A DNA stretch of 64,000 nucleotides from Acidimicrobiales bacterium (lineage in GTDB: Bacteria; Actinomycetota; Acidimicrobiia; Acidimicrobiales; SZUA-35), in NCBI GenBank assembly GCA_041394345.1, contig JAWKIN010000016.1, positions 28,859 to 92,858 of the forward strand. The letters are read 5' to 3'. Below are positions 10,770 to 22,009 of the stretch, one piece after another. The notes below the pieces were generated by a model that was given only the letters and a program-made list of their open reading frames with translations, made no database searches and had not been told where the DNA came from. The number at the start of each line of letters is the position of its first letter. Positions within the stretch are counted from its first letter, which is position 1. Both the position numbers and the translations under genes were made by a program.

Positions 10770-12064
10770 CCGTAGCTCCGCAGGCCGCGCCACATGTCTC
10801 GACTGACGTCGCGCATCTTTAGCTTCCGTTCCTTCAGCATTGCCTTCAGCAGCTGGTTGACCCGCGGCTTTGGCTCGGGGTTGTTGACGGTGAACATTGC
10901 TTCGGCCAGCGAACAGACCAACTCGGGATAACGGTTTTGTACCCGATCAGAGAGCAGGAGTTCGGGGACATGACGCAGCCTCTTGTGATCGGCCAATACG
11001 AAACAATCGGCAAGCTCTGCTCTATAGGCCTCGAGCGCGGGCGCAGAGACGTCACCGGCATCGACGGAGCGCGCCGCTACCTCGCCGGCAATCTTGCCAC
11101 TGGCAATGGCATAGTTGACGCCTTCAAGCCAGATGCCGGCGGCGAGACACATGCCGCCAGCATCGCCCGCTATCAAGAGGCCGCCGGTGGAGAGCTCGGG
11201 CATGGCGTCATAGCCCCCCTCCGGAATGAGGTGTGCGCTGTATTCGATGAGCTCGCCGCCCTTGATGAGCGGGGCGATCGAGGGGTGGGCCTTGATGTCG
11301 GCAATGATGTCTTCCGGTCGGCGGCCCGAGGCACCGAGGGCCGGCAGGTGCAACACGGCGCCGACGGCAACTGAGTCCTTGTTGGTGTAGACAAACCCAC
11401 CGCCAGCGATGCCGCCCGTGCAGCCGACGATCTCGTAATCGACACCCTCATGGTCGGCCACGTTGAACCGCTCGTTGATCACCTCGCTCGGCAGCGCGAG
11501 TACTTCCTTCACCCCAAGCGTGTAGTGCTCGGCTTCTTGGTGATGATGAAGCCCGGCCTCTTTGGCTAGAAACGAGTTGACACCGTCACACGCGATGACC
11601 ACCTCGGCGCGAACGGCACCATCGGGTCGATCGGTTTCGACGCCAACGATCTGGCCGCCGTCCAAAATCAAACCGGTGACCGTGGTGCTCGTGATGAGCG
11701 TTGCACCGGCGTCGACCGCCTTACCCGCCAGCCACGAATCGAAGTCTGGCCGAAGCGCCGTGGCGCCGTTGTACGGCACCTCGCCCCACGAGTTGGTCCG
11801 CACGTCGATGGTGACACTTTGGGTTGGGGTGGCCAGCATGGTTCCCCGACGGACGACCCAGCGTTGGATTGGCGCTTCCTCCCACCACTTCGGGATAAGC
11901 GTGTCGAGAATGCGTCCGTAGATGACGCCGCCATACATGTTCTTCGAGCCGGCGAACGGCCCGCGTTCGATGAGCGCGACGCGTTTCCCCGCCCGGGCGG
12001 CGGCAATCGCAGCGGCCGAGCCAGCAGGCCCTGCCCCAACCACAATGATGTCGAAGTCGCTCAC
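10766..12064 (-). CDS. fixC: FixC-like FAD-dependent oxidoreductase (ETF:quinone oxidoreductase type)
   Basis: GAGPAGS, ERGPFAGSKNMYGG, GGGFVYTNKDS, EYSAHLIPEGG and GDAGG; intact 432 aa. Confidence 0.9.
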   Translation of the reverse strand: MSDFDIIVVGAGPAGSAAAIAAARAGKRVALIERGPFAGSKNMYGGVIYGRILDTLIPKWWEEAPIQRWVVRRGTMLATPTQSVTIDVRTNSWGEVPYNGATALRPDFDSWLAGKAVDAGATLITSTTVTGLILDGGQIVGVETDRPDGAVRAEVVIACDGVNSFLAKEAGLHHHQEAEHYTLGVKEVLALPSEVINERFNVADHEGVDYEIVGCTGGIAGGGFVYTNKDSVAVGAVLHLPALGASGRRPEDIIADIKAHPSIAPLIKGGELIEYSAHLIPEGGYDAMPELSTGGLLIAGDAGGMCLAAGIWLEGVNYAIASGKIAGEVAARSVDAGDVSAPALEAYRAELADCFVLADHKRLRHVPELLLSDRVQNRYPELVCSLAEAMFTVNNPEPKPRVNQLLKAMLKERKLKMRDVSRDMWRGLRSYG

Positions 12065-12995
12065 TGGTCCTCTGCTTCGCTGGTAGGCGCCGCGTCGCCG
12101 GCCGCACGTATGGCCGCGTTGACGGCCTTATGTAACTCGCTCACAAACTCAGGTCCGTCGGTGACGAGGGCGAGATTGGCTCGGTTCATCATGGGGCACG
12201 ATGCGTCGGTGTTGACCGCGATGACGTGACGCGGGTTGCCGATTCCCATCAGGTGCTGCACGGCACCAGAGATGCCGACGGCCACATAGAGGTCGGGGTC
12301 GATCTCCACCCCCGTCGTCCCGATCTGGCGGGCGTGTTCGAGCCATCCGGCGTCGGTGAGCACGCGGTCGCACCGAGCGACGCGCCGAACGTGAGCCCGG
12401 CCTCTCGCAGAAGCTCAAGGTTTTCGACATGCGCCAGCCTGGCCCCGCCCGCGACAATGCGGGTGGCGGTGGCGAGATCGAGCGTCGCCGGATCAGCCGC
12501 CAGCATCTCGGCAAACTGTGCGTCGTTGCTAACGGGCGGGGTGTATGCAACCTCAGTCAGAACTTGTTCACCCTCGGTTGGCTCAACTGATCGCACGCCC
12601 GGGATCATCACAACCACGGCCGATTCAAACGCCACATCGAACTCACTATCACCGTCGACCACGACAGCCGAGCCCTCGGCTACAAACGTGGCCGACGTCA
12701 GGAGTGGGCGAGCCAAGCGGTGGGCGAGATGCGGAGCGAGTCCCCGGCCATCCGCCGATCCTGGAACCACGATCGTGGCGTCCGTGTGCAGGTGGTGGGC
12801 CAGAGCGACGCCCCACGCGATCGGTCGGAAGTCACCGGCCTCAACGAGATGGACATCGGTGGCGATGCCTTCGAGACCTGCCAACGCATCTCGGACGCGA
12901 GAGCCGATCAGAAGGCACCGGCCGCCGCACTCCGCGACAGCCTCGTCGGCCCCCGGCGGCAGGGAACCATCGTGTATGGGTACGACGGCAATCAT
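12061..12995 (-). CDS. etfA: Electron transfer flavoprotein alpha subunit (mycofactocin-associated type), frameshifted
   Basis: MIAVVPIHDGSLPPGADEAVAECGG, DGRGLAPHLA, and C-terminal RQIGTTG..PDLYVAVGISGAVQH..AVNTD. Confidence 0.88.
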
Positions 12996-14973
12996 GCGCA
13001 CACGCTCTTCGACTCGACGCCGAGCATGCTGCCGACCCGTTGCCCGTCGATCACCGCGGCGTGAGCCCGGCGAGGGGCCACGGCGTCGCCGACGCGGTCG
13101 ACCAGCATCCCAGCTTCCCGGCACGCGAAATACAGCTCGTCTACCGGTGCCTGTTGCACCGAGAGCACCAGCCAGTCGACGGTTCGGGAGTCGGCCACAC
13201 CAGTGGTGTGCTGCAGAAGCTGAAGTGCACTGCCATCGACACCCGTGATGAGCGTGTCTGTCGTCTGAACGATCCCTTTCGCCCCGGCGCGAATCAGCCA
13301 TTGCTCCATGTCGAGCGTCACGCCCAAGTCTTGCCCAACAACCATGCCCGGCGTAATGACCTCAACGTCGCAACTGCGATCGGCCAACAACTCCGCAACC
13401 GACGTGGCTTGGTGGAATCCAAGCTCGTCGAACACCACGACTCGGCCCTCCGGCTTCGCTACGCCGGTCAACACGTCGCGCACATCGGCCACGCCAATTG
13501 GCAGTCCCTCTGGCACAAACCAGGGACGAACCGGGCGAGCGCCGGTGGCGATGACCACGCGGTCAGCCCGCCGCCGCTGAAGAAGCTCGAGGTCGACGTC
13601 GATGCCAAAGCGGAACGTCACACCGAGCCGCTTCGCCTCGGTGACCTGATTGCGGATCATGTCACCAAACTCGGCCCGATTGGGGACCGATGCGGCCAAT
13701 CGAACCTGGCCACCAGCGTCGTCTGCTTTCTCGAATACGGTGACTCGATGGCCGGCTCTTGCCGCCGCGATTGCCGTTTGCAGTCCGCCTGGACCAGCCC
13801 CGACAATATCTACGCTCAGCGTCGGTCCCGGCTTGGGCACAATCCTGACCGACTCTCGTCCGGCGAGCGGATTCTCGATACACCCGAGCCAGCGATTGAG
13901 GCCCATCCGGCCAACGCATTCTTGGTTGCACGACAGGCACAGCCGGATGTCGTCGACATGGCCGGCCCGCGCCTTCGCCGCAAAGTCGGGATCGGCGATC
14001 TGGCCGCGCACGATGCCGACCAGGTCGCAGATACCTTCTTCGAGCGCTCGCTCGGCCTGCAGCGGATCTTTGAATCTGCCAACCCCAACGACAGGAAGGG
14101 CTACGGCCGCCCTGATAGCGGACGGGATAAACGACGCATACCCGGGTGGTACATGCATCGACGCCTCAATGAGAAAGAGCGTCGCTGTGGCCACACCGAT
14201 TGAGGTGTTGATGTAGTCGACGTTCCCGGTGGCCTCGACGATCTGTGCGGTCTCGACTGCCTCGTCAATGGTGATGCCGTGGCGGATGAGCTCGTCGCCG
14301 CACAACCGGACGCCGAGGGCGAGATCGGGCCCGATCGCTTCGCGTACGGCAGCCACGATCTCCACGAGCAACGTGGCCCGGTTGGCGACGGGGCCGCCGT
14401 AACGGTCAGTGCGTTGGTTCGTCGCCCCCGAGAGGAAGCCACGAACGATCGAGCTATGCGAACATTGGAGTTCGACGCCATCGAAGCCGCCCTCTCGGCA
14501 GTGCTTCGCCACCAGTGCGTAACCAGCGACCACCTCGTCGATCTCGGCGACCGACAATGCTTTTGGCACCTCGCGAAACAATGGGTCGGGCACTGGGCTC
14601 GGCCCCCACACCGGTAGCCGTGTGTACATCGATGAGGCCTGGCCGCCGTTGTGATTGATCTGGGCGAAGATCGGAGTGCCGTGCCGGTGGACGGCCTTCG
14701 TGATGCGCTGGTACCCTCAATGACCGCAGGGTCGAACCCATGAATCATCTTCTCGTAGGGCCAGTCGGTCGGGTGAACCGAATGCTCCTCGGTGATGATG
14801 AGGCCTGCACCACCGGCGGCTCGAGCCTCGTAGTAGGCCACGTGCTGGTCGCTCGGCTTTCCGTCCTCGGCGTAGTTCGTGAGGTGGGCCGAGAAGATGA
14901 TGCGGTTGCCCACCTCAACGGGACCGATCTGGAGTGGCGTGAACAGTCGCGGGTATTGTCCAACTCTTGGCAT
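12992..14973 (-). CDS. Mycofactocin-system FadH/OYE family oxidoreductase 2 (one frameshift near 14715)
   Basis: FSAHLTNYA, EEHSVHPTDWPYEKMIHGF, ELQCSHSSIVRGFLS and CLSCNQECVGRMGLNRWLGCIENP match my recollection of TIGR03997. Confidence 0.88.
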
Positions 14974-16934
14974 TAGCGGGTACCACCTAACGCAAGCGCG
15001 GCCCGACGTCCCTCGAGTATGGCCTCGTAGATGGAGCGAGGAGCTACCGCGTCGCCAACGACCACCGTGTCTCCCCCGTCAGAAGTTCTGCATCGCGGGC
15101 CGGAATGCGGTGGCCAGTGTCAACCAACGCGGCGCAAGCAATGGTCTGTATTGATCCGTCAACCTTCGATCCAAGTACGACGTCATCCGGTCCGACCTTC
15201 ACAAGCTCGGACCGCTTCACGACGGTGACGCCAGCCTGGGCCAGGCGGGTACTCGCAGCGGCCAAGTCGCCCGTCAGGGAAAGCAGCGTGCCAGCAATTT
15301 GGTCAGGAACGACCAGCGACACGGGCCGGGTTTGGACGAGCGTCTCGGCCACGGAGATTCCGATCGGGCCGCCGATCGGATCCCAAATCACGACCGGTCC
15401 GTCGGCGGGAAGCGGCGAAGCATGTTGGGCGGCGAGCGCTTCGACGGCGTCAAGTACGACGGCACCATCGTCGACCGCAAACTCGTACGAACGACGCTGG
15501 CCGCCGACAGCAACAATGACCGACGCCCCAGCAGACTGCCAGTCGGCGACCTCGCCAGCCGAGACTCGATGATCGAGGTGAAGCGATACACCGAGGCGCT
15601 CACATTCAGCCTCAAGCCAGTCGGCGATTCGCACCAGCGGCTCGCTTCGGACGCTGTCGCCCACGTTCTGATGAGTTGGTTTGGCTTCGGGCCGCGCTCC
15701 CACACCTGCACATGAGCGCCAGCTTCGGCGCACAGACGCGCTGCTTCAAGACCCGCTGGACCAGCCCCGACAACGTGGACGACCCGACGACTCATCGAGC
15801 CGGTCACGCGCTCGGCCTCGACATGTTCGAAACCAGTGGTTGGGTTGACCGTGCAAGAAACGATCGGGTTGCGCCCGTCCCGGACCCGGCACTTCTGATT
15901 GCACAGGATGCACGGCCGGATCTCGGCGCGCCGGCCACTCGCCAGCTTCTCGACAAGATCAGGGTCGGCGATCTGGGCTCGTGTCATGTCGAAACCATCG
16001 GCGCGGCCGTCATCGAGCGCCCATTCGACCTGACCGACGTCGACGAGCGAACCTTGAGCGAACACCGGGCACTGCCCATCGACGGCGGTTCGGATGTCTC
16101 GGACGAGGTCGAGGTTGAAGCCGCCCGCGGTGTGCGCATCGGGCGTCGTCGCATCGGTTGAGTAGATCGAACCACGGACGACAACAAGGTAGTCAAGAAG
16201 GGGAGCTAGCTCGCTGGCGATGGCGGCCGCCGCATCGGGAGTGAGTCCGGCCCAGGGAGCCAACTCGTCGCACGACAGCCGGAGGCCCACGATCTTGCCC
16301 GGTCCGACGGCGCGCCTGACCCGTTCGATAGCGGCACGCGCAAACGAGGTCGGCCCATTGGGTAGCCCCCATTCGTCGCTTCGCTGGTTGGTGAGGCCGG
16401 ACATGAATTGCCGTATCAGACTGTGTTGGCCCGCATTTAGCTCGACCCCATCGACGCCGGACCTGGCCGCCGTCGCAGCCGCGATCTGAAATCCGTTCAG
16501 GACCTCGCAATGTCGTCGGCTTCCATCGCCTTTGGCTGTTCCCTGCTCGAGGCATCGGGTACGGCCGAGGGTGCCCAGAGTTCCCGTTGGCTGTGCGTGG
16601 AACCCTGCAGCCCAGCGTGCCCGAGTGCCGCAACAACGGTCGCTCCCTCGGCCTGACACGCCGCTGCGATCGACGCCCAACCGGCGGCGCAGCTGGTGGC
16701 AAGCGGCGATCGTTCGTAGGGCCAATCGCTTTCGTGAACCGATGCTTCTTCGACCACGATGATCCCTGCACCGCCCACGGCACGGCGCCGGTAGTAGGCC
16801 ACATGGCGATCGCTCAGCGCTCGTCCGCGGCCCAAGTTTGTCACGTGGGGCCCAAACATCACGCGGTTGCGGGCGATGCGGTCCCCGAGCGGGAGTGGTT
16901 CGTTGAGGGGCACAGATTCGCTCAGGGTCGACAA
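14973..16934 (-). CDS. Mycofactocin-system FadH/OYE family oxidoreductase 1 (frameshifted)
   Basis: VMFGPHVTNLG, EEASVHESDWPYERSP, NAGQHSLIRQFMSGLTN and RPCILCNQKCRVRDGRNPIVSC match my recollection of TIGR03996. Confidence 0.87.
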
Positions 16935-16949
16935 TAGGGAACGCTCAGG

Positions 16950-17883
16950 CTAGCCCATCGGTTTGTGATGCTGGTAGCTGGCCTCAAGCTCAGTCCGGAG
17001 GAACGACCCGAACACGACGGCTTCAAAGGCAGCGCCCTCGTCGCAACAGCTCATCAGGGGTGAGATGACGGTCGAAACGTTGGGGTCGAAGAAGAATGGA
17101 CACGAGTAGCGTTCTCGGCCCGAGCGGTTGATTACGCGATGCGGCGTCGACAGCAGCTTGCCGTTGCTCCATCGGTGCAGCATGTCACCAACGTTCATCA
17201 CAAAGGCCCCATCGAGAGGTGGTACATCGAGCCACTCCCCTCCGGGCGCATGAACCTGGAGGCCCCCCACATGGTCTTGGGCCAACAGCGTGAGGAACCC
17301 GAAGTCTCGATGTGGCGCCGATCCGAAGAGATCGTCGCTCGCCCTGCTGGTTGGGGTGGGTAATAGAGCAAGCGAAGCCAGGTCGTCGGCGTCAGAAACG
17401 CCTTGTGTAACTCGCCCGCAGTATCGCCGAGGCCAGCGGCGAGTAGGTCGACGAGGTGTCGGCCCAGGTTGGTCATCGCATCGTTGTATGCGTCGACTGC
17501 CTCTCGAAACCCAGGCACACCGGCTGGCCACTGATTGGGACCGGCCAGGTAGTCGCCGCGCTTCACGGCGGTTGAGTCTGGTGCGTCGTCCCGCATCATC
17601 ATGAACGACTCGCTCTGATTCGGCGTTGTCACGGTGTCGACCGACGAATTTATGTCGGTCGACGAATTGATCGGGATGAAGCCGCGGTGGTTTCGGTCGA
17701 GCTCGATGGCCATCTTGGCATCTCGCGGAAGCGCATGGAATCGAGCCGACGCTTCGAATACCCCATCGACGAGTTCGTCGGGGATGCCATGGTTGATCAG
17801 ATACGCGAACCCAACCGTCGAGTAGGCGTCGAGGATGGCCCGACAACGTCGGGCGCTTGCAAGTCAATAATCGGTACAGCCAT
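16950..17883 (-). CDS. 2-oxoglutarate/Fe(II) oxygenase, isopenicillin N synthase-like (frameshifted)
   Basis: GFAYLINHG, APHRDFGFLTLL (HxD), STPHRV and RYSCPFF (RxS). Confidence 0.88.
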
Positions 17884-18004
17884 TAGTACATCGTCTGCCG
17901 TGCTCGTTCGGGATAGTTGTCGGCGCTCATCGTCCCACAGTTTGGCTGGACCAGCGCCTTCGGCACGACCTCGGCGTTACGACCAGGATGTCCTCAGCTC
18001 CCAC

Positions 18005-18038
18005 CACGCGCAGCGTGGGGTCAGACCCCGAACGCGTG
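18005..18038. repeat. REP-like palindrome upstream of RAYT
   Basis: Core GGGGTCAGACCCC at 18017-18029 within an imperfect cacgcg...cgcgtg hairpin. Confidence 0.8.
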
Positions 18039-18075
18039 CTCGGCCACTGTCATACCCCCTTCGTAAGGTTAGGGC

Positions 18076-18792
18076 ATGCCTAGGAAACCAAGAATCAACT
18101 ACGCCGGGGCGTGGCACCACGTCGGAAACCGTGGGGTCAACAAACAGTCCACCTACGAAGACGAACACGACCGACGAGCGTTCCTCGCCATTCTCCGAGA
18201 CCAGCTCGAAAGAACCGGGAGCGAAACTCCATGCCTACTGCCTGATGACGAACCACTACCACCTGCTGGTTCATACGCCCCAACCATCGCTCTCCAAGCT
18301 GATGCAGCTCACCTCATCGCAATACACGAGCGCCTACAACTCCCGCCACGAACGCAGTGGGCCGCTTTTGCCACGTCACGGTTCTGGTCAAGCCCGATCC
18401 CCGACGAGAATGCCTTGCTCGAAGTGTCTCGTTACATCCATCGAAACCCGATCGACATCAGTCGGGCGCTACGGCTGAGCGACTACCCCTGGTCGAGCTT
18501 CGGCGCGCTTGTGGGCTGCCGCCCGACCCGCGCTGGCTACAGACGTCGGTCATCTTGCGAGCAGCGTCGGGGAGTCGTGATGGGTACAAACGCTTCGTGT
18601 TGGAGGATCGACTGTCCGAGACGAACTCGCCGGAGCAGGACCGGCCGCAGCGGAGCTACGACTGCGATGCTGCGTTGCTCGTCGCTCACGAGGTGCACGG
18701 CATTACGAGTGCTGAGCTGGCTCGAATGTTGGGGTAAGTGCGTCGAGCATGCGAGGCAAGATCCGCCGTCTCCGAAGCAAGGCAGCCAATGA
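18076..18792 (+). mobile_element. REP-associated tyrosine transposase (RAYT, Y1/HUH family), frameshifted
   Basis: MPRKPRI..GAWHHVGNRG, HAYCLMTNHYHLLV (HUH), and SRYIHRNP (catalytic Tyr)..DYPWSS; flanked by palindromes. Confidence 0.9.
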
Positions 18793-18818
18793 TGCGTCAT
18801 TTGCCACGCTGATTGACG

Positions 18819-20075
18819 TCACCACCGCGCGCTGGGGGTCAGACCCCCAGCGCGCGGTGGAGCGCGCGTTTGGGGTCTGACCCCCAGCGCGCAGAAGACG
18901 ACGGGGATCGACCTGGGGCCTCGAACTTGCCCGCCCGCCCACGTCACCAGCGCAGGGTCCTTCAGCGTGAACGTAGGAATCGCCGAGATCCACTCTTCCA
19001 GCGCAATGCGCAGCTCCATCCGAGCCAAATTTGACCCAGCGCAGCGATGAATACCCACGCCAAAGGCGAGATGCCGATTGCGCTCGCGATCGATGATGAA
19101 CTCGTCTGGTCGCTCGAAATGCTCCTCGTCGCGGTTCGCCCCCGGGAAGTTCATCAAGACTCGGTCACCGGCCGCCACCGGGCAACCACCCACCTCGGTG
19201 TCGTTGGCTGCGATCCGTGCCATCGTCACGGGCGAATAGAAGCGCAGGAACTCCTCGATGGCCGTCGGCCATACGTCGGGATCCTCGACCATCCTCTGCA
19301 GGTCGCCAGGATGCGTGGCGAGATGAAACAGCGACGAGCCGATCGCCGACCACGTGGTATCAATACCGGCGACGAGCAACAAGCTCGCCTCACCAACCAC
19401 GATCTCGATGGGGACCGGCGAGCCATCCACTTCCGAGTGGGCCAGCGTGCTGAGAAAGTCGTCGGTCGGGTTCTCCAAGCGGATAGCTACCTGCTCGAAC
19501 AAGTACCGGCGAAGCTCACGCAACGCATTCGCCCGACGGGGTCCATCGTTGGCGAACTCGAGAATGCTTCGCACCCAGTCGACAAACTGATCGCTACGAG
19601 ACTCTTCTACTCCGAGCAACGCGCCGATCACTCGCACCGGGATCTGCTGTGCATAGCCCGCCGCGGCATCGGCTTCGCCGGTATCAATAAAGCCGGCGAT
19701 GAGCTTTCGACAGAGCGCCCGTGTTCCCGCCTCGTAGGTGCGCACTGACCCTGGCGACATCGGCGGCAGCATCAACCGACGAGTCCAGGTATGCATGGGC
19801 GGGTCGGCATCGATCGGCGGTGCAATTGCGGGTTGGCGAACAGGGTCAGACACCATGTCGCTCACATCGATTACCGACACGCCTTCGGACGAGATCAGGT
19901 TTGTGATGTCTCGTGCGGCGGCAACCACGTCGTCGTACCGGGCCGGTAGCCACGAGCCGCCGTACAGCTCTGATCGCGCCACTGGGCAGTTGGTGCGGAA
20001 CTCTTTCCAAGCCGGTGCTGGGTCCGCCGCGTACGCCGGATCAAAGAGGTCGTAGTCGACTCGTTGTGTGCTCAT
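18819..20075 (-). CDS. Cytochrome P450
   Basis: AGIDTT (I-helix), EEFLR (ExxR) and FGVGIHRCAG heme motif. Confidence 0.95.
   Translation of the reverse strand: MSTQRVDYDLFDPAYAADPAPAWKEFRTNCPVARSELYGGSWLPARYDDVVAAARDITNLISSEGVSVIDVSDMVSDPVRQPAIAPPIDADPPMHTWTRRLMLPPMSPGSVRTYEAGTRALCRKLIAGFIDTGEADAAAGYAQQIPVRVIGALLGVEESRSDQFVDWVRSILEFANDGPRRANALRELRRYLFEQVAIRLENPTDDFLSTLAHSEVDGSPVPIEIVVGEASLLLVAGIDTTWSAIGSSLFHLATHPGDLQRMVEDPDVWPTAIEEFLRFYSPVTMARIAANDTEVGGCPVAAGDRVLMNFPGANRDEEHFERPDEFIIDRERNRHLAFGVGIHRCAGSNLARMELRIALEEWISAIPTFTLKDPALVTWAGGQVRGPRSIPVVFCALGVRPQTRAPPRAGGLTPSARW
18822..18892. repeat. Tandem REP-like palindromes downstream of RAYT
   Basis: Perfect 19+1+19 palindrome ccaccgcgcgctgggggtc-a-gacccccagcgcgcggtgg (18822-18860), followed by an imperfect copy with core GGGGTCTGACCCC. 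Confidence 0.88.
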
Positions 20076-20929
20076 CAGAGTCCTTTGCTTGCTGGCGGAA
20101 GGTCGGGGAACTCGGCGTCACGATTTTCCATCTGGGCAGCGAACGCTTCTCCCATATCGTCGGTATCGAACATGGCTGCATTCCATACCCCGATGTAGTC
20201 GAGTGAGTCTTCGACGCTGTGCTCACGGGTGTAGTGGATCGTACGCTTTGTCCCCCAGATTGTCATCGGCGTCTTGGACGCGATCTCCCGGGCCACAGCC
20301 AGCACCGCCGCCTGGAGCTCCTCGTTCGTCTCGTAGACAGCATTGACGAATCCAGCTGCTTTCGCCTCCTCGGCGGTCCAGCGCCGCCCGGTGAATGCAA
20401 GTTCCTTCACGATGCCCTCGGGCACAAGCTTCGGTAGCCGTTGCAAGGTTCCGACATCGGCCGTCATGCCGATGTTGACCTCGGCGATACAGAAGAACGC
20501 ATCCGCCGTGGCATAACGCATATCGCAAGCTGAAACCATGTCGATACCGCCACCAACACATGCTCCTTGGATTGCGGCCAGCACCGGTACCCGAGCACGT
20601 TCGAGGGCCGTAAATGTGTCCTGTAACTTCAGCACCGTCGTCCGAAATCGCTCAGCGTTGCGGCTACGGAACCCCGACCTTCCGGCCGTTGACGACACAT
20701 CGTTGTCGCCCCCGAACACCGAGAGGTCCATCCCTGCATTGAAGTGCTTTCCTTCAGCGTTCAGCACGATGCAGCGAACCTCACCGCTGTCGGAGAGTTC
20801 GTCAACGATGACCGGGAGGTCGCGCCAGAACGAGGCAATCATCGAGTTGCGTTTCTCGGGCCGACTCATCGTTATGACGGCCACATGATCGGCTACCGAA
20901 ACATCAAAGCACTCGTACGTGGTGTCCAT
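20075..20929 (-). CDS. Enoyl-CoA hydratase/isomerase (crotonase) family protein
   Basis: RPEKRNSM, FNAGMDL, GACVGGGIDM and EVNIGMTADVGTLQRLP. Confidence 0.93.
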   Translation of the reverse strand: MDTTYECFDVSVADHVAVITMSRPEKRNSMIASFWRDLPVIVDELSDSGEVRCIVLNAEGKHFNAGMDLSVFGGDNDVSSTAGRSGFRSRNAERFRTTVLKLQDTFTALERARVPVLAAIQGACVGGGIDMVSACDMRYATADAFFCIAEVNIGMTADVGTLQRLPKLVPEGIVKELAFTGRRWTAEEAKAAGFVNAVYETNEELQAAVLAVAREIASKTPMTIWGTKRTIHYTREHSVEDSLDYIGVWNAAMFDTDDMGEAFAAQMENRDAEFPDLPPASKGL

Positions 20930-20935
20930 GGTCTC

Positions 20936-21906
20936 TCAATCTGGGTTGTCAATCTGCTCTAGCGTGCGATCTCCCAGTGTTATCGCGCCCTGGGACTTGC
21001 GACCAATCTTGGGGCCGACGAGCTTGGCCGCAAGGTGGTCGCGCACAGTGACAGGTTCATAACGCGGCGGACCAACCGTCCGGTCGTCTAACGGCGCCAC
21101 CGCCACATCGAGATCGGTGTAGTGGAAGTAGGCGACCGACCGCCGAAGCGCAGCGTCCGAGCCATCGCCCCGCAAGGGCACACGATGAAGCGTTGATGGC
21201 CATACGTCGTTGGTCCACATGGCAAACAGGTCGCCGACGTTGAGCAGTGGCGCGCCCTCGACGGGTTCGACTCCCAACCATGCACCCCCGCTCAGGATCT
21301 GGAGCCCGGCAACGGCGTCCGTGTTGAGAATGGTGAAGGACGTGTAGTCGCTATGGGCTCCCATGCGTTGCTGATTGGGCGCCGCAGACCGCTCGTCGTC
21401 ACCTCGCTGGTAGCGGAGGCAGGCCATCGCATCGGGGCCGTTGCGTGAGCGCGCCGCGAGGTTGGGAAGACCGAGCAACTCAGCGAACGCCTCGTCGAGA
21501 CGCTGCGATAATGCAACCATCTCGTCGAGGTAGGACTCGCCGCGAGCCGAAATGATGGCACGTCGTCGGGCCAAAGCGGGGCAGCCATCAGGGGTCGTCC
21601 GAGGCGAGCGCCGTGACGAAGGTTGAACGACTCGAACAAGTCCGGAGCCAGATCAGACTGCCCGAGCGAATACGCGAGCGACTCACTTCCCCTCGCCCGA
21701 TACCCGCGGTTGGCCAGCGGGTCGTCGCTTTGCCAGGACAACTTCGTTTCCAGCGGCTGGGCGAACAGTTCGTCCATGGCTGCCCAGAGCGCCGCCCGCC
21801 CGCTCACCCCGTGGCCGAGCAGCTGGACGAATCCGTCGGCCCGAAGCGCCGTGTCGAGCTGGGTCGCAAACTTGTCGTCTTGAAGATCTACGACCTGGAT
21901 CGGCAT
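20936..21906 (-). CDS. 2-oxoglutarate/Fe(II) oxygenase, IPNS-like (one frameshift)
   Basis: GFVQLLGHGV, GAHSDYTSFTIL, NVGDLFAMWTN, STLHRV and RRSVAYF. Confidence 0.88.
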
Positions 21907-22009
21907 CTCCGAATGGTAGATCGATCTCGCTCGTCCAGGCCAGAGCGGCTGACAGGATGGATCGGAGACCACCGGCTCACCTGCGTCCAGGTAGCCGGAC
22001 AGGCACGCG

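Noticed and set aside
10467..12995. fix genes as evidence of nitrogen fixation
   Set aside because: No nif genes are present; FixC/FixX/ETF homologues are widespread in non-diazotrophs.
12545..14203. Long antisense ORFs (552 aa here; also 40017..41441, 22946..23986, 39053..40081)
   Set aside because: Shadow frames of well-supported opposite-strand genes in high-GC DNA, with no recognisable motifs.
18005..18892. CRISPR array or IS200/IS605 element with TnpB
   Set aside because: Only three palindromes, no regular spacers, and no cas or tnpB gene; RAYT/REP fits better.
16950..21906. Beta-lactam or other secondary-metabolite biosynthetic cluster suggested by IPNS-like genes
   Set aside because: No NRPS, PKS or ACV synthetase in the window; the IPNS-like fold is shared by many 2OG oxygenases.
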